A program made the translations under genes and the position numbers. From Deltaproteobacteria bacterium (lineage in GTDB: Bacteria; Myxococcota; Kuafuiibacteriia; Kuafuiibacteriales; Kuafuiibacteriaceae), in assembly GCA_040218735.1 (NCBI GenBank), contig JAVJQW010000057.1:32001-96000 (forward strand): a stretch of 64,000 nt of DNA. Direction: 5' to 3'. The notes under the pieces were generated by a model. The model made no database searches. It was not told the DNA's origin and saw nothing but the letters and a program-made list of their open reading frames with translations. Every line of letters begins with the position of its first letter. Position 1 is the first letter of the stretch. Of the stretch, positions 17,769 to 26,434 are shown piece by piece.

Positions 17769-20700
17769 GCTCGTTCCATCGGCGCGCGACCGGCGCGCTG
17801 CTCCTCACGTTGCTGGCGGCCCCCGTCGAGGCCGCGAACATCTACGACCCCGAGGTCCCGTACTTCACGCTCGAGACGCCGCACTTCTACGTCATGTACC
17901 CCGAGGGGTACGGGCACATCGCGCTGCGCACCGCCGAGATCGCGGAGGCGGCGCGGCCGTACCTCGTGCGTCGTTACGAGTGGGAGCCGGCGGGCCGCAT
18001 CTCGATCGTCATCAACGACCAGACCGACTACGCCAACGGCAGCGCGACGATCGTCCCGCTCAAACTCATCACCCTCTTCGTCACCGCGCCCACGCGCATC
18101 TCGGGGCTCGAGGAGTACGACGACTGGTTGTCGACGGTGCTCGTCCACGAGATGGCGCACATCTTCCACCTCGACATGGCGTACGGGCTCCCGTGGATCG
18201 GCCGGCAGATCTTCGGGAAGTACGTCGCGATGAACCAGTACTACCCGGCGTGGAGCACCGAGGGGCTCGCGGTCTACGAGGAGACGGTGTCGTCGGGCGC
18301 AGGGCGCGGGCGCAGCACTTACGTGGACATGGTCGTGCGCGCCGCCGCGCTCGAAGATCGTTTCCCGCCGATCGACCAGGGCTACCGCGGTTATCCGAAC
18401 TGGCCGTTCTCGAACGTGGCGTACTTCTTCGGCGGGCGCTTCCAGCTGTGGCTGCGTGAGAAGTTCGGGGAGGAGGCGCTCCTCGACTACCACCAGACGA
18501 ACGCCGCGAACCCCATCCCTTACGTCACGTACATCAGCGCGAAGATGAACTTCGACACGAGCCTGGAGTCGCTGTGGCTCGGCTTCGAAGACGAGATGAA
18601 GGCGAAGTCCGCGCGCGACGTCGAGCTGATCGCGTCGGCGACGATCGCGGTGAGCCAGCCGGAGCGCCTCACGCGTCACGGTGGTGAGTCGGTCGGCCCG
18701 CGGTTCACGCCGGACGGCGCGCAGATCATCTTCTCGACGTCGTCGCCGGTGGACGGTCCGCGCGTGCGCCGAATGCCGGCGGAAGGTGGCGCGGACGAAG
18801 TGCTGCTGAACGACACGCTCAGCCAGGCGATCACGTTCGGACCGAAGGGGCGCGCGTTCTACTTTCAGCAGACGGAGATCAACCAGCGCTTCTACGCGCA
18901 CAACAGCATCTACCGCTACGACCAGGACAAGGACGCCTTCGACAAGGTGAAGCTCGCGGACGCGAAGAGGGACAAGAGCTTCCTCGCGCCGTCGGGCTCG
19001 CTGCGCGCGCGCGACCCGGACGTTTCGGCGGACGGCCAACACATCGTGTTCGTGCAGACGCCGAACGGCGCGAACCGGCTCGTGTACGCGAAGCTCGACG
19101 ACGACGGCATCTCGATTCATCCCAAGGAGATCGTCCCGGCGCTTCCCGGCGTGCAGCTCGCCGCGCCGCGCTTCGCGCCCGACGGCAACACGATCGCAGT
19201 GACGCGCTACGTGAAGGGCCGGCGCGACATCGTCGTCTACGACACGTCCGGCAAGCTCGTGCGGCAGGTGACGGACGACCGCGCGCAGGACACGGACCCG
19301 ACGTTCACGGACGACGGGCGGTACCTCGTCTTCAGCTCGGATCGCTCCGGCGTCTACAACCTCTACGCGTACGAGCTCGCGACCGAGCGGCTCGTGCAGC
19401 TGACGAACCTGATCACCGGGGCGTTCCAACCCGACATCTCCCCCGACGGATCGACGATGATCTTTCGCGGGTACTCGGCGGACGGCTTCGACGTGTACCG
19501 GCTGCCGTTCGATCCGGACGCGGGCGTGGAGGTCGCGCTGGAGCCCGAGCCCGAGACGTTCCTCCCGGTGGACACCACGGCGCGGCGTTGGCCGCCGCAG
19601 AACGAAGGGGCGCCGCCCATCCCGCCCCCGGCGCCGTCAGCGGACGTGCCGATGCCGAGCACGCTCCCCGACACGTGGTCGATCCACGACTACTCGGCGC
19701 TCGATACGATCCTCCCCTTCAACGACAACTGGAACCTGTTCCCGTCGGCGGGCGCGAACGAGCGCGAGATCTTCGGATCCCTTTCGCACTTCGGCGTCGA
19801 CGCGCGGCAGACGCACTACTACGGGCTGCAGGTCACCTACGGGACGTTCACGAACTTCGTGGGCGGGTCGGCGGTCTACGTGAACGACGTGCTGGAGCCG
19901 ACGTTCACGTTCTTCGGATCGGCGGACGCGGTGACGTACCGGAACAGCTCGCTGCTGGTGGACAGCGATCCGACGCGCCCCTGTGCGTTCGGCGACGAAC
20001 CCCTGGACCTCGACGACGGGCGCCGCATCTGCAACGGCGGCAACCCGCTCGGGGTCTACGCGGAGCGGCGGCTCGCGGTCGGCGCTTCGATCGGGCTGCC
20101 GCTCCTGCAGCGGCACTTCCTGTCGATCGGGTACATCTTCGAGCGTCGCGACCCGCTCGACGCGCTCCCCGCGAACACGATCACCTCGATCCTCCCCGCC
20201 GCGGGCAACTTCGCGCGCGTGCGGCTCGGGTACACGTACGCCAACGTCCGCGCGTTCCCGCACAGCATCTCGCTCGAGCGCGGTCCGTCGTTCGGCGTGG
20301 CGCTGTCGGCGCTGTCGAAGGGGCTCGGGTCGGACTACGAGCAGTTCGTCCTCACGTCGGAGGGGCGTTACTACTGGTCGATGCCGTGGACGACGCCCGG
20401 CTTCACGAACCACGTGCTCGCGACGCGGCTCGGGCTGGGGATCGGCATCGGCCGCGATCGTGCGACGCAGTTCCGGCTCGGCGGCGTCGCGGGGGCCAGC
20501 GCGATCACCACGACCACCGAAGACTTCTACGGGCTGCGCGGGCTGGGGACCTCCGTCCTCCAGGGCAGCGGCGTCATCTCCGGATCGACCGAGTACCGCG
20601 CGCCGCTGTTTCGCGTGGACCGGGGCGTCGGCACCCTCCCCTTCACGCTCCGGGTCGTGCACGCCGCGGTGTTCACGGACTACGGCCGGGTCGTGGACGA

Positions 20701-20911
20701 CGTCGCGCGGCTGCACGAGGACTTCGGCGGTCCCTGGGCGGTCAGCGTCGGCGCCGAGGTCCGGGCCGACGTCATCCTGTTCTACGGCCTGCCGCTCACG
20801 CTGAGACTGGGGTACGGACATGTGGTGAAGACTCCGCAGCTCGACGGCGTCGACGGGGCGACGCTGCTCGCGGACAACGCCCTGTACTTCCAGATCGGCT
20901 CGACCTACTGA
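17765..20911 (+). CDS. Omp85-family protein with N-terminal metallopeptidase-like domain and PD40/TolB-like propeller
   Basis: Signal peptide; HEMAH..WSTEGLAVY; repeats PRFTPDG, PDVSADG, PDISPDG; barrel with FRLGG..GLRG, STEYRAPL and terminal YFQIGSTY. Confidence 0.85.
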   Translation: MSSFHRRATGALLLTLLAAPVEAANIYDPEVPYFTLETPHFYVMYPEGYGHIALRTAEIAEAARPYLVRRYEWEPAGRISIVINDQTDYANGSATIVPLKLITLFVTAPTRISGLEEYDDWLSTVLVHEMAHIFHLDMAYGLPWIGRQIFGKYVAMNQYYPAWSTEGLAVYEETVSSGAGRGRSTYVDMVVRAAALEDRFPPIDQGYRGYPNWPFSNVAYFFGGRFQLWLREKFGEEALLDYHQTNAANPIPYVTYISAKMNFDTSLESLWLGFEDEMKAKSARDVELIASATIAVSQPERLTRHGGESVGPRFTPDGAQIIFSTSSPVDGPRVRRMPAEGGADEVLLNDTLSQAITFGPKGRAFYFQQTEINQRFYAHNSIYRYDQDKDAFDKVKLADAKRDKSFLAPSGSLRARDPDVSADGQHIVFVQTPNGANRLVYAKLDDDGISIHPKEIVPALPGVQLAAPRFAPDGNTIAVTRYVKGRRDIVVYDTSGKLVRQVTDDRAQDTDPTFTDDGRYLVFSSDRSGVYNLYAYELATERLVQLTNLITGAFQPDISPDGSTMIFRGYSADGFDVYRLPFDPDAGVEVALEPEPETFLPVDTTARRWPPQNEGAPPIPPPAPSADVPMPSTLPDTWSIHDYSALDTILPFNDNWNLFPSAGANEREIFGSLSHFGVDARQTHYYGLQVTYGTFTNFVGGSAVYVNDVLEPTFTFFGSADAVTYRNSSLLVDSDPTRPCAFGDEPLDLDDGRRICNGGNPLGVYAERRLAVGASIGLPLLQRHFLSIGYIFERRDPLDALPANTITSILPAAGNFARVRLGYTYANVRAFPHSISLERGPSFGVALSALSKGLGSDYEQFVLTSEGRYYWSMPWTTPGFTNHVLATRLGLGIGIGRDRATQFRLGGVAGASAITTTTEDFYGLRGLGTSVLQGSGVISGSTEYRAPLFRVDRGVGTLPFTLRVVHAAVFTDYGRVVDDVARLHEDFGGPWAVSVGAEVRADVILFYGLPLTLRLGYGHVVKTPQLDGVDGATLLADNALYFQIGSTY

Positions 20912-21043
20912 GTCACCCACACACCTACATCGGCGACAAATCTGTCATCGCCGTGTAAGCGAACGTCTCGAAACGATCCGGATCCTGGGAGGATGGCGAA
21001 GGAAATTGCGGGCCAGGGGCCCCGATGTCGAGGGCACGAAGGT

Positions 21044-21059
21044 AGGAACCGACATTGCA
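21044..21059 (+). promoter_or_regulatory. Putative sigma54 -24/-12 promoter of the pilY1-like gene
   Basis: AGGAACCGACATTGCA = GG-N10-GC with TTGCA, 50 bp upstream of the ATG; GACA-N4-TGTC dyad at 20935-20946. Confidence 0.5.
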
Positions 21060-21109
21060 CCGCGCCCGGGGGCCGGGTGAAGATTCATTCGCTCGTTCGG
21101 GGAGGTCTC

Positions 21110-24100
21110 ATGGGACGAATCAACAAGCTCCAGGTGCTGGTCGCCGTGGTCGGGATCGGGTGGCCCGCCGTCGGATCCGCGCAGCTCTACCAACCGTTGG
21201 ACACCGTGCCCAAGCCGAACCTGGTGGTCGGCTTCGACACATCGGTGACGATGCGGATCAACTCGGGGTGCACGAGCTGCCACTGGTCGACGACGTCCCG
21301 TCTCGACGAGGCGAAGGCCGACATCCTGACGACCCTCCCCATCTTCGATCCCTACTTCGACTACGGCTACTTCGAGTACCGCGGTTGCGGGACGGCCCAC
21401 ACGCAGAATCATGTTCAGCCGCGGGGCGACGGCACGTCGAACCTCGGCACGATCATGGGCCTCATCGGCGGGGCCTCGGCGTGTAACAGCAAGGAGCGGC
21501 GCCTCCCCGGCGTCGCCGCCGGCACCTGCCTCACGCCCGGCTGCCTCGCGACGGACTTCCCCGTGCTGAACGCGATGGCGACCAACCAGCTCAACGGCTT
21601 CAACCCGTTCTCCCCGTTCATCCACATGGGCTGCGCCTTCAACCCGACCTCCGTGGGCAACCCGTGTCAGAGCGGCGGCACCGACGTCGACGAGACCGTG
21701 ACCCTGCAGGCGGTCGGCACCGGCGCCGGCGGCCTCGGCTGCTTCCACCACACCAACTTCGGCAGCACGAACACCTGCAACCTCGCGGGCGCGCAGGCGG
21801 CGTTCATCGCCTCGCTCGCGACCTTCAACTGGCCGCGCTGGGAGCCCAGCTCGATGGACCCGAACCGCGTCCGCGTCGAGTTCTGCAACCCGATGCGCAA
21901 CGCCGCGCAGGCGGCGTGGGCCGCGCTGCAGAGCTGCTTCGCGTCGTTCGGGGAGTCGGTCCCGCAGATCACCAACGGCGACGTGATGAGCGCGATCAAC
22001 TCCAACACGTTCTGCGACCACAACCAGATCGCGGCGACCGGCTGTCAGCCCGGCAGCCCGCTGTTCAACACGTGTGTCTGTGACGACACGATCCCCGGCT
22101 GTGAGATCGGCGCCGGCGTCTCCGCGTGCAACACGACCCTCACTTGGAAGGCGCGCCAGCAGGTCGCGGTCTGCGAGCTCCGCCGCGACACGGGCGGGAA
22201 CAGCACGTTCTACGACTTCTACCAGAGCCAGCCGGACAACGTCGTCAACGCGGGTTGCCGCGAGAACGCCGGCCTCCTCTTCACGGACGGCTACATGGGT
22301 CACACGCCGGGCACGATCGTCGAGTCGGCGCTCGCGCTGCCGCACTACATCTCGTCGAACCCGATCGGGAACCTCGCGGTGTTCCGCATCTCGAGTGTCT
22401 TCGCGAGCTCGGCGAACACGATGATGGGCGCGCTGACGAACGGCGTCCTCGGCACCGCGTACGACGCGACCAACCTCGGCAACATGCAGGAGGCCTTCGC
22501 CTCGCTGCTGAACCGCATGTACCAGGGCAACTACACCGGCGCGGCGATGACGATGGACACGTACGGCAACGTCGCGGTCACGACCTCGTTCAGCGTGCCC
22601 GGCTACCGCGGCTTCTCGCAGCCGACCGACACGTACCTCGGCTGGCCGCAGCGCGTGGCGATGCACTCCGTGAACCCGACGACCGGCGCGATCGGGCCGG
22701 CGCTGTGGGAGTCGGACTGGTCGTCGAAGGCCAGCTCGCAGCTCGGCTGTTACTCGCAGTTCTACGGCCCGAGCCAAACGCCGATCACGAACGGCAGCTG
22801 GATCACCGCCAACCGTGGCCCGGACGACGCGTTCTCGAACGGCGTCAACCGCAGCGTGAACGTCGCGGGCGGGACCTTCGAGCGTGACAACTTCGGCGGG
22901 ACGAACCCGGCGGCGCTCCGCTTCGGACGTATGTATGGCACCGCGACGACGCGGCCGGTGATCGTGGAGCGCGGCTCCTCCGACGTCGGCGGGCTCCGCT
23001 CGGCGCTCTACCGCGCGCACCTCACGGCCATCCAGAACCGCCCCCGCATGATCTACACGATGGGCGGCGGCTACGTGTACGCGATCCACGGCGGCGACGC
23101 GCAGATCACGGCGAGCAACCAGCAGCGCATCACGTACAACGCGGTCTCGGCGAACGCCGGCCGCGAGGTGTTCCGGTACTCGCCGGAGTTCGTCGACCAG
23201 GGGCGCGGTTACAGCCCGAGCGGCACGTACAACCCCGGCGCGAACTCGACCGGCAACGTGATCAGCTACGACCCGAACGTGAACCCGATCGTCCCGCAGC
23301 CGATGACGACCGGTCAGCTCACGGCCCGCGAGGTCCTGATCGACGTCCAGAACAACAACCAGCCGGTGTTCCGCACGATCCTCGTCGGCGCGCAGGGCGG
23401 CGCCGGGCGCGGCTTCTTCGCGATGGACGTCACGGACCCGTGTACGCCGGACGTGCTCGCCGAGTGGGCGCTCCCGAACGGCTCCGCGACCAACGAGCCC
23501 ATGATCTACGAGTTCCCGCGCGACCCGCTCGCGCCGGCTCCGACGAACGGCGTCTCCGAGTACTTCTCGCAGCCCGCGGTCGTCGTGACCGACGGCCTCG
23601 GCTCGACCGCGCCGCGGATCTACGCGTTCAACCCGGCCACCGGCGGCATCCTCTCCGCGCGGGCGCTCCCGGGCGGGACGGACTACCCGACCGAGCCGGT
23701 CTGCGTGGACGTCGTGGGCAACGGCTACGTCACGCACTGCTACGTCGTCGCGCAGAACGGCACGCTCGTTCGTGTCGGCATCGACGGGACGACCGGGCAG
23801 TTCACCTCCTCGACGGACATCACGCCGGCGACGGTCGACCGGTCGCAGACCTACTCGACCCGCCCCGCCGTGTTCTTCGGCGTCGACGGTGCGGTCAACG
23901 TGCTCTACGGCTCGGGCGACTTCGCCAACCTGAACAACCCGGCCGGTGGCAACGCGGTCTACAAGGCGATCGACACCGACAGCCGCCTCGCCTCGATCAG
24001 CACCGCGCCCGCGGACGCGACGCGCGCATGCGACAACGCGCTCGTGCCGAACGGCGTGTTGAACATCGGGACCGAACGTGTGCTCGCGCCGCCGATGATC

Positions 24101-24430
24101 ACGAAGGGCGTCGTCGCCTGGACGACGTACGAGCCGGGCACCAACGGCTGCATCGCCGGTCAGGGCCGCCTCTACGCCATGGACTTCGCGACCTGCCGCG
24201 ACGCGATCGACCCGACACCGGCGACACCGCAGGCGCCTGCGGGTCAGGGGGTCGGCGACGGCATCCCGACCGCCCCGGTGCTGCACAGCAAGTCGGCGTC
24301 GCTCGTCGCGTCCACCTCGGTGGTCGTCGAGGGCAGCCAGGCCACGACGGTCAACAACGTGCGCACCAAGGGCCTGCAGGCTCCGGCCGTCCGGCGCTTG
24401 TACTGGAAGCTCGAACGGCCTAACCCTTGA
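21110..24430 (+). CDS. pilY1: PilY1/PilC-like type IV pilus tip adhesin with vWA-like and Cys-rich N-terminal region
   Basis: GGAGG RBS; signal peptide; KPNLVVGFDTSVTM and LLFTDG (MIDAS-like); PilY1 propeller motifs RTILVGAQGGAGRGFFAMDVTDP, YGSGD, GRLYAMDF. Confidence 0.8.
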   Translation: MGRINKLQVLVAVVGIGWPAVGSAQLYQPLDTVPKPNLVVGFDTSVTMRINSGCTSCHWSTTSRLDEAKADILTTLPIFDPYFDYGYFEYRGCGTAHTQNHVQPRGDGTSNLGTIMGLIGGASACNSKERRLPGVAAGTCLTPGCLATDFPVLNAMATNQLNGFNPFSPFIHMGCAFNPTSVGNPCQSGGTDVDETVTLQAVGTGAGGLGCFHHTNFGSTNTCNLAGAQAAFIASLATFNWPRWEPSSMDPNRVRVEFCNPMRNAAQAAWAALQSCFASFGESVPQITNGDVMSAINSNTFCDHNQIAATGCQPGSPLFNTCVCDDTIPGCEIGAGVSACNTTLTWKARQQVAVCELRRDTGGNSTFYDFYQSQPDNVVNAGCRENAGLLFTDGYMGHTPGTIVESALALPHYISSNPIGNLAVFRISSVFASSANTMMGALTNGVLGTAYDATNLGNMQEAFASLLNRMYQGNYTGAAMTMDTYGNVAVTTSFSVPGYRGFSQPTDTYLGWPQRVAMHSVNPTTGAIGPALWESDWSSKASSQLGCYSQFYGPSQTPITNGSWITANRGPDDAFSNGVNRSVNVAGGTFERDNFGGTNPAALRFGRMYGTATTRPVIVERGSSDVGGLRSALYRAHLTAIQNRPRMIYTMGGGYVYAIHGGDAQITASNQQRITYNAVSANAGREVFRYSPEFVDQGRGYSPSGTYNPGANSTGNVISYDPNVNPIVPQPMTTGQLTAREVLIDVQNNNQPVFRTILVGAQGGAGRGFFAMDVTDPCTPDVLAEWALPNGSATNEPMIYEFPRDPLAPAPTNGVSEYFSQPAVVVTDGLGSTAPRIYAFNPATGGILSARALPGGTDYPTEPVCVDVVGNGYVTHCYVVAQNGTLVRVGIDGTTGQFTSSTDITPATVDRSQTYSTRPAVFFGVDGAVNVLYGSGDFANLNNPAGGNAVYKAIDTDSRLASISTAPADATRACDNALVPNGVLNIGTERVLAPPMITKGVVAWTTYEPGTNGCIAGQGRLYAMDFATCRDAIDPTPATPQAPAGQGVGDGIPTAPVLHSKSASLVASTSVVVEGSQATTVNNVRTKGLQAPAVRRLYWKLERPNP

Positions 24431-24433
24431 TGC

Positions 24434-25558
24434 ATGGCTAAACGTCCGCGGCAGCCCGGGGATCGACTCGGGGGCGGCAACGTCCCCGAGGACGAATTCG
24501 ACGAGGGGCCGGACACCAACGTCGATGAGCGGCCGGCGGTTCAACTGTCGCCGCTCGAACCCGACGGTCACGGCGACACCACCGTCGACCAGGCCCCCAC
24601 GATCGATCCGACGACGCGCCGCCCGGTGGGCGCTCGCCTGACGCGACCGATCCGCGAACGCCAAGCACCTTCTCGACCAGCCGCGGCGCCGCCGCCGCCG
24701 CCGCCCAAGAAGCCCGACAAGAACCGACTGCGCCTCCCCCTCCCCGCGGGGATGGGCGGCGCGCCAGCCGACGACGACGCCGACACCCCCGTGCCGGCGC
24801 TCGTCAGCCCCTCCTCATCGCCGAGCGCCGCGCCGCCGCGCGAACCTTCGAAGCCGGGGTCGCCGGTACCGGTGATGCCGGGTGTCGAGCGGCGTCGCGC
24901 CCAGTGGCCGATCGTCGCGGCGGTCGCAGCGGTCGCGGTCATCGCCGTCGCGTTCCTCGTCGCCTCGGACAACACCGACGGGACGGGATCGATCGCGACG
25001 CTCGGGCCGAACGCCACGGCCGATGCTCGGCAGGCGGAGCTGCTTCGTCGTGCGCGGGAAGGCGGCAACGTCCACCCCGACGGGTCGGGCGCGACGGGAC
25101 TCTCCCGCCAGCGCCCCGTGATCAAAGGCGCCGTCGTCAGCCGCAAGACACCGTCGGTGAAGCCACGTCGGCCGGCACCGGCGCGCCCCGAAAAGCGCCC
25201 CGTCGGACAGTCGCTCCTCGGCCACGCGCCGTCGACGGACGACTACCCCAAGTACCCGGATGACGTCGCGCCGCCCGAGACACGAACGATCCTGTTGGTG
25301 CAGTCGGACCCGACCGGTGTCGTCGTGCGGCTCGACGGGATGCTGATCGGCAACACGCCAGTGATGCTCCCGCTCACCGAGGACCGCAAGGGCGGCGCGA
25401 TCGAGTACACGCTGCCCGGTCTGAAGACGAAGACCGTGAACTTCACGGTCGAGGGTCCCGGGTTGATGGAGATCTTCGAGAAGCTCGAGGTCGACGAGAT
25501 CTACATGGCGAAGAAGCGCGCGCGCGCGGCGCAGATGAAGAACAACCCGCTCGAGTAG
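24434..25558 (+). CDS. Pro-rich single-pass membrane protein with PEGA domain
   Basis: TM WPIVAAVAAVAVIAVAFLVA; PEGA LLVQSDPTGVVVRLDGMLIGNTP. Confidence 0.75.
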   Translation: MAKRPRQPGDRLGGGNVPEDEFDEGPDTNVDERPAVQLSPLEPDGHGDTTVDQAPTIDPTTRRPVGARLTRPIRERQAPSRPAAAPPPPPPKKPDKNRLRLPLPAGMGGAPADDDADTPVPALVSPSSSPSAAPPREPSKPGSPVPVMPGVERRRAQWPIVAAVAAVAVIAVAFLVASDNTDGTGSIATLGPNATADARQAELLRRAREGGNVHPDGSGATGLSRQRPVIKGAVVSRKTPSVKPRRPAPARPEKRPVGQSLLGHAPSTDDYPKYPDDVAPPETRTILLVQSDPTGVVVRLDGMLIGNTPVMLPLTEDRKGGAIEYTLPGLKTKTVNFTVEGPGLMEIFEKLEVDEIYMAKKRARAAQMKNNPLE

Positions 25559-25565
25559 GCGTCGC

Positions 25566-26336
25566 TCAGTCGAACGCCAAGGTCACGGCGGCGGCACCGA
25601 ACAACACGCCCGACGTCGCAAACGCCGCGATCGATCCGGTGTGAAGCGCCTTCGCAGACCCGAATCGCTCCTCACCGGTCACCGGATCCGCCGCACCGAA
25701 CGCGTCACTCGACGCCGACGAGGCGAGCGCCGCGAGCGTGATCGCCGAGATCAACGCGACGGCCCCCGCCCCACCCGTCACCCAGGTCGCGGTCGGGAGG
25801 CCTTCGTCGGTGCCGGTGGTCAGGTTCGTTCGCGTGACGGGGCCCGGCCCCGGAGGCGGCGCGGCCCGGGGCCGACTGTCCGGCGTCTGATCCGCGAGCG
25901 CCGCACGCTGCTGCGAGTCGAGCGGCTGCAGGAGGTTGGGGTTGGTCTTCGGTGGGGGCGGAGGTGGCGCCGTCGTTCGCCGCCGGGTCTTGCGGACCCG
26001 GGTCTTGATGCCGAGGCGTTCGCGCACCTGCACGAACAGCGCGGTGGCCGCCTTCGACGCCCGGGCCGGCAACCTGAGGCGCGGCGCGAGGCGGAGCGCG
26101 AGCTCGAAGGAGGCGTCCGCGTCCTTCACCGAGCCAGCCTCGTGCTGGATGAGCCCGATGAACAGCCGCGCCCGACCCCGCTCCGCCCGACTGCCCTTCG
26201 CATCCAGCGCAGCCAGGAGAAACCCCAGAGCGGCTTGGTTGTTGCCGGCCTCGTACTGCTCGACGCCCGCCCGGAGGTGCTGACCGGCCGTCGCGGCGGT
26301 CAGGGTCAGTCCCAAGATCAAGGCCGCCGCGCCCAT
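25566..26336 (-). CDS. TPR-containing exported protein with C-terminal hydrophobic hairpin
   Basis: Signal-like N-terminus; TPR-like helices (GVEQYEAGNNQAAL, ARLFIGLI, FELALRLAP); two C-terminal hydrophobic segments. Confidence 0.72.
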   Translation of the reverse strand: MGAAALILGLTLTAATAGQHLRAGVEQYEAGNNQAALGFLLAALDAKGSRAERGRARLFIGLIQHEAGSVKDADASFELALRLAPRLRLPARASKAATALFVQVRERLGIKTRVRKTRRRTTAPPPPPPKTNPNLLQPLDSQQRAALADQTPDSRPRAAPPPGPGPVTRTNLTTGTDEGLPTATWVTGGAGAVALISAITLAALASSASSDAFGAADPVTGEERFGSAKALHTGSIAAFATSGVLFGAAAVTLAFD

Positions 26337-26434
26337 CGGCGAAGGATAACCCAATTTGCCCCCGCGCGGCGCCCCCTCGGATCCGCCGAGCGGCGCATTG
26401 CCGCTCGTGACCCGCCTGCGCTAGGTCCTTCGCC

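Noticed and set aside
20994-21009. TGGC..TTGC upstream of pilY1
   Set aside because: Spacing is 11; the site at 21044-21059 fits better.
20945-24664. 1239-aa minus-strand ORF (likewise 41696-44671, 58156-61392, 51299-53221 and similar)
   Set aside because: Shadows of well-supported genes on the opposite strand; stop codons are rare at this GC content.
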